Shown: positions 1 through 13,629 of the stretch, piece by piece
Position numbering within the stretch: the stretch's first letter is position 1
How the letters are laid out: each line of letters opens with the position of its first letter
NCBI RefSeq assembly: GCF_009914755.1
Contig: NC_060932.1
Direction: 5' to 3' (one strand)
Length of the DNA: 64,000 bases
From: the human T2T-CHM13v2.0 reference genome, Homo sapiens
Notes under the pieces: model-generated
Database searches by the model: none
What the model saw: the letters and a program-made list of their open reading frames with translations, nothing else
Told to the model about the DNA's origin: nothing
Translations under genes and position numbers: made by a program

Positions 1-197
1 TCTCAAATAAATCCCCTCCTAAAAATGTCAATAAATGCCTTTTAAATCATTTTTTCCAGATTTATAGTTTTAGAATTTTGGGGTTTGGGGGATTGTAATT
101 TTAGGATTTTAGACTGTAGAGATGTATATCTTTTTGGAGTTCAACATTTGGGATAATGGCATTCAGGATTGTGTCTTTCTGGATTATGGCCCAGACC
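1..197. mobile_element. Ricksha-like (MULE) DNA transposon terminal fragment
   Basis: Reverse complement reads GGTCTGGGCCATAATCCAGAAAGACACAATCCTGAATGCCATTATCCCAAATGTTGAA, resembling the recalled Ricksha terminal repeat. Confidence 0.5.
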
Positions 198-1119
198 TGT
201 TTATTTCAACACTCTATTTTACACAAGAGGAAAGCAAACCATGTATCCAGTTGCAATGAAAGCTTACATAGACATCATGTATAGATTATATCCTAGGAAA
301 ACATGATTAAGATGACACATAGTGACTTTTCTTTTTCAGTGAAAGAGATCCACATCCTTTTTCTTGTGTGGAACTAAACATGATTTCTGAGTTAATGTAG
401 TTTAATGCAAATCACCATGATCACTTAACCCATGCTTCTTTATTAAAGGAGGTAGAAGGGATGTGATTTGATGGGAGGATGGCCCGGGATCCAGGACCTG
501 GGAAAGATGCAATGAGTAAAGGGGAGCAACAGAAAAGTAGGGAATAAAGTAAGCGTGAAGAGTCATCAACTTCCCTCACTGCTCCTGGCCTCTGGCATTG
601 GAAGCCCAGAGGTCTTTTCTAGGGCCTCAGAGAAGCTTCCAGGTCTGTTCATTTCTTTTTCCCCACCCCTGCTTGTATCACAAATAAATTACTGACACCT
701 AAATTTCTGACTAGGTGGTAGAATTTTAGGGATCCTTCACCTCATCAGAATTCCATGTAAGTTGTGGGAGTCATATGGGTTAAGTAAGCAATAGTCCTTG
801 AGATTATTTGATCATATAAATCATCAGAAAATGTTTAGTCATCTTGATTTTATCATAATGTGTAGCTAGGGGAGGCTGGAGGGAGAGGACTGGAGTGAGA
901 AGAGACAGCAAAAGAGGTGGCTTTTATGCATGGGGCTCTATGAAGTAATCAGGCCTAAGTGGAACCGAGAGGGACCTTGGAGCAGTTCTGGAGAGGAAAG
1001 CTTGGGGCACAAGTCGTCTGTTGATGGTGAGGCTTAGGCCCTGGCTCCAACCAATCACATCATCTTTCTGACTGGGATGCCTAAGCAGTGTGTTTTTTGT
1101 TTGTTTTAGTGTTTGTTTT

Positions 1120-1232
1120 TTGGTAAAGCATACAGTGGCATTAACTAAATTCACAGTGTTGTGCACTCATCACCACCATCCATTTCCAGAACTTTTCCAT
1201 CATGCCAAACAGAAACTCTGTGCCCATGAAAC
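1120..1232 (-). mobile_element. Old L1M 3'-end fragment
   Basis: cagtggcattaactaaattcacagtgttgtgc...catcaccaccatccatttccagaacttttccatc...aaacagaaactctgtgccca is typical antisense L1MB 3' sequence. Confidence 0.6.
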
Positions 1233-1254
1233 AGCTGTTATTTGCATTAGAATC

Positions 1255-1440
1255 TGTTCTAAATATTTTGTGTAAGTTCTCACTTAGGCATCACAATGAT
1301 GTCCTGTGAGATAGCTACTATATTTATCTCCACTTTATCGATGAGAAAATTGAGGCACAGGAAGCCTATGTAACTTTGCTTGTAAGTGAAAGGCCTTAAA
1401 GTAGAATTCAAGCCCAAGTTGAACTGAACCCAAAGGCCAA
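1255..1440. mobile_element. MIR relic
   Basis: MIR core-like ttatctccactttatcgatgagaaaattgaggcacaggaagcctatgtaactttgc. Confidence 0.6.
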
Positions 1441-1643
1441 GCTTTTTTCTATTCAAACAGGCCACTCTTTTATTATTGTAGTGAGTAATAAGAGCTAAAA
1501 AATATTATGTTTTTTTCAGGAGAAAATTATTTGTTTTGAAGGTAGAGGAAGAGCATGCTATTTAATGTTTACTATTACATGAATTACTCTATGTTTTGAG
1601 ATGGTGTACTGAAACTTTCTAAAAATTTATCTCAATCTCATAG

Positions 1644-1758
1644 AATGGATCTACATTTGTCCTGTGTCAATGGCTATCCAGAAGCGGTAACTTTGCTGGT
1701 GCACAGAAAGTGCCAGCTTAACGTGTGTGACGGTGAAAACACGACACCTCTGATGAAG
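1644..1758 (+). pseudogene. ANKRD26/ANKRD30-family ankyrin exon 2, orphan copy
   Basis: 115-nt exon after AG translates [38 protein letters not shown] (cf. ANKRD26 [38 protein letters not shown]); donor is ATATATAG where the paralog at 45815 has GTATATAG. Confidence 0.9.
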
Positions 1759-1919
1759 ATATATAGTAGCCAGTTATTTCAGCATGAGATGGATTTGGTT
1801 TAAATACATAGAATAAAAATGGATTTATTTCATTGAAATGTAACTAATTTGTGAACCTATGGAATATTTATTTGTATTTTCTAGAATTTACAATGTGTTT
1901 CTTGGTCTAATACTGACAG

Positions 1920-2093
1920 GCTATACAATGCCAAGAAGATGTTTATGCAACTATTCTGCTGGACTTTGGTGCCTATCCAGATATTACAGATATCAACAGA
2001 AAAACTGCTCTCCACTGTGCTGTCTATAGTGAGAATATGTCAGTGGTGGCAAAACTGCTTTCACACAACACAAACATCTAAGTGAAAAATGGA
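1920..2093 (+). pseudogene. ANKRD26/ANKRD30-family ankyrin exon 3, orphan copy
   Basis: 174-nt AG/GT-bounded exon: AIQCQEDVYATILLDFGAYPDITDINRKTALHCAVYSENMSVVAKLLSHNTNI*VKNG; in-frame TAA at 2079-2081. Confidence 0.9.
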
Positions 2094-2459
2094 GTAGAGA
2101 ATAACCAACATTATTTTCAAAATATTTGAAATCCATTTGCTTTAACACTGACATGCGTTAGGGTCAGTTTTTCATATTTGGAAGCTCAAGCATGCTCTTC
2201 TGTGAATGAAAATATTCTGAAGTAACTGTCTAATAATTTAAATATTAATGTTTTTAAAGAAGTATTAGACGGTATAGCTTTCTTTCATGCATTTATGATA
2301 AATATTTAAATTTATTAAAGGTAAAAGTTTGTTTTTCAAATATTTTAGCCACTCAAGTTTTTGTTCTTTCTAATTAGTGTAAAACAACACAGAAAAGCAA
2401 AATGTGCCTGCATAAACTGAGTCAACATGTAAACCTTTTGATATTTATTATTAAATAAG

Positions 2460-2830
2460 TTATTTGGCAATGTATCAAATTTTTAAATGTGTGTCCCTTT
2501 TGACCTAGAAATTCTACTCCCAGGAATTTCTCCTAAGAAGATAATCAGAAAAGTTTACAAAGATGAATAGAAAAGAAGAGTCACTGCAGCCTTATTTGTA
2601 AAAGTGAAAAATAGCAACAGCCCAAATGTCATGAATGGAGAATTAATATATGGTGCATCCATACAAAAATACTGTGCAGCGAGTAAGCCAATGAAGCCCA
2701 AAATTTCTGACATGGACATTGACATAGCAGAGTGACAATAACGAGGTTATAAAACATCATCAGTGAAAGGTCTATTTGTACAAATTAATTTTTTGAGTGT
2801 ATACTTAGGGTATATAAAATGTATTTGGTT
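2460..2830 (+). mobile_element. Old L1ME-like 3' fragment
   Basis: tttggcaatgtatcaaa...cccttttgacctagaaattctactcccaggaattt...aaatgtcatgaatggagaattaatatatggtgcatccatac. Confidence 0.5.
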
Positions 2831-3221
2831 AATGTCAAAATAATTATCTTTGCTTAAGTAAAATTTGGGGGCAATTTAAATTTTTTAATATATTTTCTTA
2901 TATTGACCAGTTTTCTTAAAAAGTAGATACTATTTTTATAATCATACAACAGCAAGAGAGGAGCTCTCATACCTTCTCCATTCTTCTGTATTACCTATTA
3001 CATAGTGAATTTTTTTCTAAAATTAATACTGAATAAAAGTTTCCACAGCTTTAAAATAAAGGCCTAAAAACCACTCTTTCAGATTAGATCCTGGGCAACT
3101 AAAATTTTAAACACCTAAACAACACCAAGCACTTAAAGCTTGAGAACTTAAATTTAAGAAAAATGGTTGAACAATTTTTGTTTCCACCCTTGATATCTGA
3201 ATGGTTAAACAATTTTAAAAC

Positions 3222-3223
<2 letters not shown>

Positions 3224-3252
<29 letters not shown>

Positions 3253-3379
3253 GGTAAATGTGGGACCTCCATGTGTTGTTGCCCAGGCTGGTCTCGGACT
3301 CCTGGCCTCAAGTAAGCAATCCTCCCACCTCAGCCTCCCCAAGTGCTGAAATTGCAGGCATGAGTCACTACACTTGGCC
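3224..3379 (-). mobile_element. FLAM_C / Alu monomer
   Basis: Poly-T followed by an antisense left-arm monomer ending ...cacttggcc; TSD-like ttttaaaa(c/t)gattt on both sides; paralog at 28650-28780. Confidence 0.85.
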
Positions 3380-3564
3380 TTTTAAAATGATTTTAGTGAA
3401 GGCAATCTAATTCACTTTAGAGTTGAATTCTCAAGTAACTGCTTTTAAAGGTACTTTCTCAACCTACGCAAAGCTCTTAATAGGCCATGACTGTTTGGCC
3501 AACTTCTACATTGTACATCAGATGTTTTCTCTTCTGTGACCTCCAAGTTCAAGTTTGCTGTTAG

Positions 3565-3896
<332 letters not shown>

Positions 3897-3929
3897 CCTT
3901 CGAGTTAACTTTCTAAATATTCACTTGAT

Positions 3930-4180
3930 GAAAAACAAAGCAGTAAAGGAGGAATAGAAGAACAAAAATCACATGAAATATAAAAAGTAAATAAATTCAA
4001 TCATCTCAACAGTAACATTAAATGTGCATGGATTAAACAATGCAATCTAAAGGTAGAGATTGTCAGACTGATAAGAAAACCATGATCCAACTGTATTATT
4101 TATAAGAGACACACTTTAGATTCAAAGATATACATGGACTGAATATAAAAGGTGCAAATAGTAGCTAAGAGAGCTGAAGT
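3930..4180 (+). mobile_element. Old L1M fragment around the start of ORF2
   Basis: acattaaatgtgcatggattaaacaatgcaatctaaaggtagagattgtcagactg...gatccaactgtattatttataagagacacactttagattcaaaga resembles the L1 endonuclease N-terminus. Confidence 0.65.
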
Positions 4181-4182
4181 AG

Positions 4183-4491
4183 TAACATGGTTTGAGTGTG
4201 TCCTCTAAAAGTTCTTGTGTTGAAAACTTGGTCTCCAACATAGCAGTGTTGAGAGGTAGAACCTCTGGGAGGTGACCAGTAGAACCTTTCAGAGGTAAAA
4301 CTTTTGAGAGGTAGAACCTTTGGGTGGCAAAGTCCTCATGAGTGAATTAATCCATTCATGGGTTAATGAGGGAGTGGGTCACTTATGACAAAAGTGGATC
4401 TCTTATAAAAGCCAATTTGGCTATCGCTTGTGAGTAATTTATAAAATAGTCTCAGGTATTCAGTTATAGCAACAGGAAAGAGACTAAGGTA
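4183..4491 (+). mobile_element. MST-family MaLR solo LTR, internally deleted
   Basis: Starts atggtttgagtgtgtcctctaaaagttcttgtgttgaaaactt and ends agtctcaggtattcagttatagcaacaggaaagagactaag. Confidence 0.75.
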
Positions 4492-4639
4492 AGTATACAT
4501 ACTAACGTCAGACAAAATAGACTTAATTTTCAGCTACCACCCTGATCCCTGGCACTGTTTCTGCTCTGATGACCACTTAAAGAGTTTGCTCTGGGAATAA
4601 AAACTCATTCAAATATATTTCTAAGATAGATAAATATAG

Positions 4640-4666
4640 ATTCTATCGATCTATATCTATCATCTG

Positions 4667-4707
<41 letters not shown>

Positions 4708-4722
4708 GTATCTATTTATCTT
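4640..4722. repeat. (TATC)n microsatellite
   Basis: Perfect TCTA run from ~4667 to ~4706 with degenerate flanks. Confidence 0.95.
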
Positions 4723-6394
4723 TATAAAGGCTAAGCTCCTGCTGGAATTAACAAACATTCCAAAATAAAAAAGTGCCTTCTGGATTAGCTTGCTGTTGAT
4801 TGCTTACAGGGAATCACGAACTGGCCAAAACCAGTTTCAATACCTGTCGCAAGTATTACCCACGCATTTTGTAAATTTAAATCCTAAGTTTGCACCACTT
4901 TGAGAGGGAAACAAATTCCTTGTAGTATGAGGCAGCTTCCAGGAGTAGCCAATCCTCAGGCAGAGGTGGGAACCGCTTCCATATGCCATTTGTATGCATG
5001 CACTTGCAAGCAAGGCACAAAAATAAAAAGGCTGTGAGCAAAGACCTTTATGATTGATGGTCTCTGATCTCGGAAAAATACTCTTGAGAGTGTTTGTCTT
5101 GTTGTCTTCTCCTCCCCAAGGCAAGGGTTGAGGCTGCAGGATGGAGTGGAGCAGAGATGTGTTGCACAGGCCACATGGGCCTCCTGGCTGGATAAGCTCC
5201 CCCACCTGAGAGGTGAAGTCTGGGTGGAAGTGCTCCAGATAGGTGACATGGCTTCCTATCCACATCACATGGACACAGGACATGGTCTGTTATCTCTTAT
5301 GCTGTATGTTTTTCCCAGTTGACTTCTCATCCTCCCCCAAGCCACTCACTGACTCCACTGGGGCAAGGGAACCTCAGATTTCTTACTTAGAAAACACCCC
5401 AGGAGTAAGGATTTTAGGTAAATTCCAGTGAAAGGTGAGTTTGAGAGAGAACACCTGTGAGGCTAGAAAGAACATTCTTTTAATTCTCTAATTTTAAGCA
5501 AAAGTTAGTGTTAGATTAATCTAATTCCACCCACCAGGAGGCTAAGACTCCCCTAGTAAAAGAAACGTCAACACAGGGACAAAAGGAGTCCAAAAATGTA
5601 TTTGTCATTTTCTCGGAAGCTGCTGATATTAGTGAGAAGAGGATGCTTGCTGAGGCAGTGGCCTCCCTGGGGCCTCCCACAGGTGAGGGCTGATGGGACC
5701 TGCTTTTTGCCAGCAACTTACCTGGTACATCCGTAGCTGGAAGAAGTGCCTCTCCTTTTCCATCTCTTCAGCAATTTCCATCCTGCTTATTTTAGTCCAG
5801 ATCATCCCGTGGAGCCTGATGTGTTCCTTTTTCTCCTTTTCTTAGTTCCAAGTGTGAAAGCAAGGATAAATCAAGATGCCTCTTGGCATGAAACTTTACT
5901 GGACAACCTTGAAGTCATGCCAGTACCCAGTCTGCTGAGACCAATGCTCAATAGACATTTCAGCACAGGAAGCCTCTTAAATCCCTTCAAAGGAAAATGG
6001 GTGTCATGAAAATGTCAAGCCTGGCCTTCTCACTACTTACTCAAAAAGTACTTCCTAAGCGCCTACTTTGAGTCACATCTGGGTCACAGGAAAGTGTGGT
6101 GGAAAGTCTGCACATGGCCCAGAAAGCTCCTTCAGCTCCAACATTCAGAACCTGCCTGCCTGCCTTCTGAGTATCCCAAGGGCACTGTCTGACTCTTTCA
6201 TACCCACCATTTGTCTCCCTGGACTTCTTGCTAAATCCCTGTCTTCACTTCCTCACTTAGGGAATTCATGCCAGCTCTCTGACTTGATCTATGACCCTGC
6301 TCATCACTGTAGGAGAAAAAAAAAAAAATACAACCACCTTTCCATGCTGTCAACTTAATTATCCCTCCCACATTTATCTCATGCCTGAAATGTA

Positions 6395-6760
6395 TTACCT
6401 AAATGTTGAGTGTGCAGTTCAGGGTAAAACTGACCAACTGGAGCACATCCAAAGAAGAGCAACCATGGTAAAAAGAAGCTACATCATCATGTCTGCTAAG
6501 GAAAGCTTGAAATAACTATGAATTTTTATTCTGGAGAAAACGAGACTAAACAAAACCAATAAAAATTACTCAAAAAATATGAAGCGTTGTTATGAAGACA
6601 AAGGAAGAGGCACTTTCTAAAGAGACTCAATGTAAACACTGGAAAACATGGCAGCATTTTCTTTAAACAGCATTCAATGATGAAATGGCTACTTGTGGTT
6701 CCAGAGGGCTCCCTGTCATTGCGGGGTGGAGGACTAGAGTGTTTAAGAAGAGGCAAGAAG
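6395..6760 (+). mobile_element. L3/CR1 relic
   Basis: gagtgtgcagttc...tgaccaactggagcacatccaaagaagagcaacc...aggaagaggcactttctaa...gagggctccctgtcattgcgggg. Confidence 0.55.
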
Positions 6761-9700
6761 TGTAATTTTTTTGTTCTTTAGTGTGGAGCACAGTGTGGGA
6801 CACAAAGTAGGTTCTCAACAATTTGAAAGAATGAGTGGGTGAAAATATAAATGCTCAGAAGATATAAAAACTCAGAAGACACTTTGAGAGGGATATTGTT
6901 TAATCACTTTATGCATCTGAGAGGGAGCATGACTAGAGGATTTCTGAGGTCCCTGGGACTGGAATTATATAACTCCAAGGCACTGCAACACCTCAAAGGC
7001 AAGACACAGTTCAGACAGATCATTTCTCTTAATAATCAGGCATGGGACTATTGCCCAGGAATTTTAAAGACATCTTAAACCTAGTTATTACATATCACAA
7101 AACCTCTTGGAATAAATGAGTTTCTCACACTAATAGGTAAATAATTATTTATTTATCCTATAATTGCTTCAAGTTTAAAGAGTGCTCCTCCCTCCTCCTA
7201 AATTCTGGGATTTTGTGAGGAATTCTTCCCCTGCCCTACCTATGCGTGTTTCAATTTTTCAGAATTTGATGTTATTCTCATTTCAAGCCTTTTCCATTCA
7301 GAAACAGAGGACTCTCTCAGGCAGTCTTCTTCAGAATCCCCTTTCTGCCATTGGTTTAGTCACACTCAGAAAAGTTTGCTCTCAGGCACGGAGACAGGCA
7401 GCAAGTGTGGCTAAATGGAAGTCAGGAAACCCACTTCCTGACTCTGGCTCAATTACACTTGCTGGTTGACCAGCAGCAAACCACTGAGTCTTGGTTTTCC
7501 ATCTGCAAAGTAAGAATGTGCTGATCCCTTCCCATTTATTTCACCAAACTGGCACACATATCAAGGATGCTGACAGGCCAGGAATAATGGATGGAGGCCT
7601 CCTTGGGCTAAAGGGACCTGCAAGCTTCTCCAGTAGAACACTCTGCTTATCCTTCCATATGAATGTACAGTATTAATGAAACTTCAGAACTTGGGGGCCA
7701 AGCAAACTCAGGTATGGAAGTTTAAGATTTCTATGGATGCAGTAAGTATAAAAGGTTTGGTGTTCAGCAGTTTGAGTTCTGTGATCCTTCACCACTGAAA
7801 AGATACCCAGGGCTAGTTTTTAAAAACTCAAACAACCCAATGAAATACTTGTAGTTGGACTTGAAATGACTTTCCTCTTAACACCTTTTACTTTACTAGG
7901 TGGCTTCATATGACAGTTTCTTTTTCCAATCAGAACATACTACATTACCCAAGGCACAGAGATTACAAAATAAACATGAGACATTTAAATATATTTCATA
8001 TTTTTCCGGTATTTAAAATAATTGAAGCCACTATTTCCCTGCAGTCATTTGCTTAATCAATTCCTTCTAGCTAAGCTCTCTCCACTCTAGGGATGAGAAA
8101 CTGTGATTGGGAAAGTTACACCTTTCTGAATTCAACCAATAGAATCTTGTCTTTAGTAGAAACTGTGGTTCACATCTAAGAATCAGCTACCCATTTTTCA
8201 GAATCTCTTTTGGCAGTTGAAGGTGAAGGAGGTGGGTGTTGAACAGTCTCTTTCTAAAACCAAAAGAACTGGTAATTCAGAGAAATACATATACGAAAGT
8301 AAATGTTTTTCACAAATCACCTGAAAGGTGAAGTCTGAAAATTGCCCTGCTTTCAAAACCAGTAATGAAATGGAGAAAGTGTTTAAAAACAAAAACGGAA
8401 AGAAATAACTCATGAGAGAGCTGGCCTTAACTCTTTCAATGAACTTCCCTGAAAATAACATCCTATAACCACTGTGACATTATAGAAAAAGGAGCAGGAA
8501 AAAACTGGTTAAAATAATATAGCATCACTGAACATATCTGTCATCAAAACAAACCACAGTAATATAGTTGACAAAAATTCTGGATTAAGGCTCATTTAGA
8601 AAATCCCTTTAAGTAATAAAAGCTTGGTTTAAAATTGAAGTATCAAATTACCTATACATAATTTTAAAAATGAGAACACATTTTTGTTTCATACTCCTTC
8701 TAAGCTTTATCAAAAGGCTTTTTCAGATTCTTTAAACAGAGGGTAATACATTAGGCAGGACTAATAATTCACTTCTGTCCAAGCTAAACTTACTTATCCC
8801 TAGCCTAGTCCTGAAAGGATCATTAATTTCTGAAATAAATCGTGTATGTAATCATATGAAAAATAACCCAGAGTACAGGCTTTTAAGTAGATTAGTGGTG
8901 GTATTTCCTTGCCTTCTCTTATATAAATACATATATTTATAATAGAATATACTAAATGCCCACAATAGCAAGGTGCCTTCACCCAGTTATGACACTCCTG
9001 GGCGACCATGTGTCACCTGTACCCTATTCCCTGTCCTGGCTTTAATCTGAAAGTAAACCCTGAAAGGCAACATTTACTCTGCAAATATTTCAGTCTGTCT
9101 CTCTACAAGAAAGGAGTGCTAACTTTTTACCTGATGAATCTCAACACATATAACCCTGCTTTAAGGCCAACGACAGGAATGTAAACGTCACCTACATCCT
9201 CCTGGGGTCTCCTACAGCTCTTCTGTCTGAAATTCAGGACTTCATATGCTCTGGTAAAGCCTGGCTTAAATAACTACTGAGCCACTAGAAATTCTATCAA
9301 ATAGTCCTCACCCATTTATGCTCCCTTCAAAGGGGTTCTTTGGGGAGAGAGAAATCTTTTTGTTGTTGCTTTCTATGTTTTGGCTTTTCAATAACCTTAC
9401 GTAAGGCCCAAGTGCCACAGCCTGGCATACAAGGTCCTTCATGAACTGGCTCCTCCTGCACCCTGGCAGCCTGGCATGCATTGCTGATTACTGCTCCCAT
9501 GTGCGTGCCTGCATCTTTTCTCTGCCTGGGGTGCCTTCCCTCCCCTGTGTTGGGGTAACTCCACTCATCTGTTCCCCAGACCCCTGAAGGCTTGACAGGA
9601 AATGTGTCCTAACAGCTATCCCCTGGCACACTCTGTGAAGGAGATCCTGAGAGGCTTCTGTAGAGGTCCCCGAGATGGGTCAGACTGGGTTTCCAGTCAT

Positions 9701-10974
9701 CCAGATGTGACTCTGGAATCAAGTGCAGAACCAAAGGACTAGAGTCTCCCAAGAACGTAGCCACAATCATGTCCCTTTCATGGTGCACATCTGTCAGGGC
9801 CGACAATGTTTAGAAACAGCACACTGCTCAGCAAATGCCCATCCAGCCCTGCCTGCTTCTCACCGAAGCAGCTCCTGGCCTACATGTTTATAGTGGCGAG
9901 GCATGTCCTAAACAGCCAACATCCTCTGAAGGACAGAAAAATGAAGTCAGCTCATGCCTTACAACTGTGATCTTTCCAGCAGGAAAATAAATCCTTGCTA
10001 GGATCTTTTCCCAGTGGTAAATTTGTGATGTGCCAGCTAGAAAACCAGACTTCTCCCACAGGTTTCTCTGCCCAACTGAGAGAGACCAGAACTCCACTCT
10101 TTCCAAAATAGAAGGGTTTTTCCCCTCCCATTCTCCTCCCCTCACCACCATGTTTGTTGAATCAACAGGACAGCCAGAAAGGCCAAAAGTACCACAGTCT
10201 GGATAAAAGGTGGTCCCAGGATGGCAAGTCAAAGGAAGCGGAGATAGCAAAAAGCCATTTTGTCTTCCCAATAAAAACATATTGGCATAGCTGCTGCCCT
10301 GGGGGACCAATTTACTGTGCTTCTACATGGTATGAAATGTGCTCCCTGTGTCACAGTGTCAACATCATACACATTTTACTCATTTCTGGTTCCCATTTAG
10401 CAAACTGTCCAAAGGGAAGGAGATTACATTGATGTTCTGAATTGAAAAGAATTATTATTATTTGGCCTATTTGTTAATCTACAGTAAGGACAGCAAGGAT
10501 GTTAGAGAGAACAATTGATAATGATTAACCTCCACTTAAAATCTGGCCATCACATGTACAATTGCCTTGTTCAGCCTTACATTCTTTCTAATGATTTGGT
10601 CTTACAAGACAAATATAGGTCTAATGAAAAGTCTAGATCTGTATATTTTTCACAGTAATGATCTTATATTGTTACACTATGAAGATTGCGAAAAGACAAC
10701 CATTACGACGAAGAAAAAAATATTTCAAAACACTCAATTACAGAATCACATTCTGGAATAAAAGGAAACTTCCACTTCTGACTCTCAATCGCGGCTCCAA
10801 TCCATGTGCTAAGGCTGTGCTGGGGTCAGAACTCTGGGTTCCCAGGCCCCAAGCCTCCACAGCAAGCTCCTAGTAGGGGAAAAAAAGGCAAAGTCTTCTG
10901 TCTGCTGTGAAGTCATACATATGAATGCTGGTTGCAAATGAGGAAAGAAATGAGTTTGTGTCATTGAGGTAGGA

Positions 10975-11450
10975 AGGGTAGGTACGTGTGATTGTGTATG
11001 ACTGTGTGTGTGTATGTGTGCGTAAGTATAAGATTGAGGGTGTGTAAAGGGATAAGTGACTGTGTGTAGTTGTGTGCCTGAGTATGAGTGAATGCACACG
11101 AGGGAGGATGTGTGTGAGTAAATGTATGAGTGATTGTGTATGTGAGTGTGTGTACATGGGTAATGGTGTGGCTCATTGTGTAAGTGAAGCTGTGTGTAAT
11201 TGTGTGTATAAGTGAGGGTGTGGAGATTGTGTGAGAGGATGTACGTGTGATTGTGTGTCAGGGTGTGAGTGTATGTGTGGGTGTATGAGTGTGGGTATGA
11301 GTGTGTGTGAATGAAGTGATTGTCAGGGTGTGATTGTGTGTGAGTGTGGATGTGATTGTGTGAGTGTTATTGTGTGAGGGTGTGAGTGATTATGTGTATG
11401 TGTGTGAATGATGGTTGAGTGATTTCATGGGAGTGTGGGTGTGAGTGATT
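10975..11450. repeat. Degenerate TG-rich low-complexity tract
   Basis: Interrupted tgtgtg/tgagtg/gattgtg runs; explains the His/Thr-rich ORFs on the minus strand. Confidence 0.9.
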
Positions 11451-12609
11451 GCCCGGCCCAGGCAATAATTTCAAATAACAGTTCTCCCTTTCCCCCACTC
11501 TCTTTCTTTCTGTCTTTGCTTTTCCTCAGTTCACTTGGGTATGTCTGACGGGATAAATAGTCAAAATTTTATGATCTCCCAAGTAGAAATAAAATGATTC
11601 AGTCAGTGGGGCAGGCAGCAAACAAGGCTATTAGATATAAAGAACAAAATCATTAAGCTAATGTCACAGCTGATTAGCAAACAAAGATAGACAGGAAGAC
11701 ACAGATGGGGAAATAGAGCCTTCCAAACAGTCATCTCTTCACATTCTCCTTCCTGATTTTTTTTCAGTCTTAAAATCCCTTGCCTGTAGCTCTGTCACTT
11801 CCCACCTTCTCCACCTCTCAGTTCACAGGTCACCCTCTCCCCTGCTCTCTGGCCGTTGGTTACCAGATGCTGATCCAGCCAAAGTGTGGCAGGCAGTCCC
11901 ACCCCAGGGAGCTGCGGTGCTGCCTTCTCTTTGACTTAGGCAGTGAGTAAGTCTGCTTTGCCAAATGACCTTGCCCAAAGGGATCCATCTAGAAGCCTGA
12001 AGCTAGACAGAATTTTTGCATCATAGCTATTTTTCGGGAGCAGGCAGAAGTCACTGGGCAGAACCTTTCAAGCTGCAGGGCTCACAGTTGTAGAAAAAAT
12101 AGGTCTTTTCAGGGCTTGCCTCCAAAACCCTTAACAGAGTTCAATTTGCTTCAAGGATAATCAGCTTTTTCTGAAAAAACATTTTTTCGGTGTATAATAT
12201 AAAACATGACCAAAGGATCTTACTGTACCATGCCATTTATTTGAATATGCCCCATTTATGAGGAACTTGAGAGGTAGAAAAGATGATGCTTTGAAATATT
12301 CTTGTTGACTTCAGCAATGCTGCCTGATCATAGAGTTAATTAGGAAAACTCAAAGTTTCAAAGAAAACAATCCACCTCTTCACCTTCTGCACAGGCCAGG
12401 TGACAGCTTGTCAAAGATTGGACAGTTGCAGAAAGACTCGTTTCAATTATGGCTATTCTTAGCAGATGTTTCAATATGAACAATGATATGCAAGTGTGAA
12501 ACAGCCTTCTAGTGCTGAAAGCTTCCAGCTGCCTCCAGGAACTGGAGTCCAAGGTCTAGGACGTGTGTGAGGCAGTGTTGATGAGCAGGCACAAAAAGGT
12601 GAAAAGTAG

Positions 12610-12822
12610 GCATTGGACCTGTGATGTCCCATAGGATAGATGCTAACTACATGCACCTCTTCATGCTTAAATGGATTAAACTTTAATAAAGTTAAAACCT
12701 GAGTTCCTCAGTTTCTCTAGCCACATTTCAAGTGCAATAATCACATGTGTCTAGCGACTTACTATATTTAACAAAGCAGATATACCCCATTTCCATCAAT
12801 GCAAAAAGTTCTATTGGACAGT
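12610..12822. mobile_element. MER3/MER33-like hAT-Charlie relic
   Basis: tagccacatttcaagtgc...catttccatcaatgcaaaaagttctattggacag. Confidence 0.65.
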
Positions 12823-12849
12823 AACACTTTCAACAAATGGCTTTTTAAT

Positions 12850-13320
12850 AGTTTTAAGCAGCTTTATTGAAGTGTAATTGACATACAATAAGCCATACAC
12901 ATTTAAAGTATATGCCCTGATACATTGTAACACACGGATACACCTATGAAATTAAATCCAGATTATGAATGTACTCTGTCACCCCCAGATATTTCTCTGA
13001 CCCCTATTTGCAATCCCAGCTCCTTAACCCCAATCCCTAGCAATCACTGATCTTCTTTGCCACCACAGAACTCTGCATTTTCTAGTATTTTATACAGAAT
13101 ATATGGAATCATCCAACTGTACTCCTTTTCATCGGATTTCTTGCATAAATATTTTGAGACTGAGCATAATTACTTTGAGATTTATTAATGTAGTTGTGTG
13201 TGCCAGTAGTTTACTCCTTTTTCTTGCCATATACTGTTCCATCATATGGATACACTATCGTTTTTTTAGGCAGACACCTTTTGGTGAATGTTTGAGTTGT
13301 TTCCAGTTTGGATGATGCTC
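12850..13320 (-). mobile_element. Old L1M 3'-end fragment
   Basis: cagctttattgaagtgtaattgacatacaataa...atggaatcat...tttgagttgtttccagtttgg. Confidence 0.7.
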
Positions 13321-13339
13321 TGGATGTCACATATAAAGA

Positions 13340-13525
13340 TGTCAAGGGACTCTTTCAAATAATGATCAGGAAGGCCTTTTTATAAGGTGGCATTGGAGCA
13401 GAGTGCAAAGGAAGCGAGGCAGAGAGCCATGAGAAAATCTGGGGATAGTGTACTCTGAACTGAGGGGACTCTAACACAAAGGTCATGGGATGGAAGTGTG
13501 CCTGGCAGGTTCAAAGGACAGCTCT
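13340..13525. mobile_element. L2 relic
   Basis: tgatcaggaaggcctt...aggtggcattggagcagag...gagccatgagaaaatctgggg...tgcctggcaggttcaaagga. Confidence 0.55.
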
Positions 13526-13629
13526 CTGTGTTCCTTCTAAAGGCTGCTTATATGAAAGGATAGGCACCCAGGCAAAACTATTTCGGAGAATCAGAAGGTA
13601 CTAAGTCAAATGGCCTGAATAAACCACCA

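Noticed and set aside
10809-11176. His/Thr-rich ORFs, and the CACMFM ORF at 14031-14240
   Set aside because: Translations of TG/CA simple repeats
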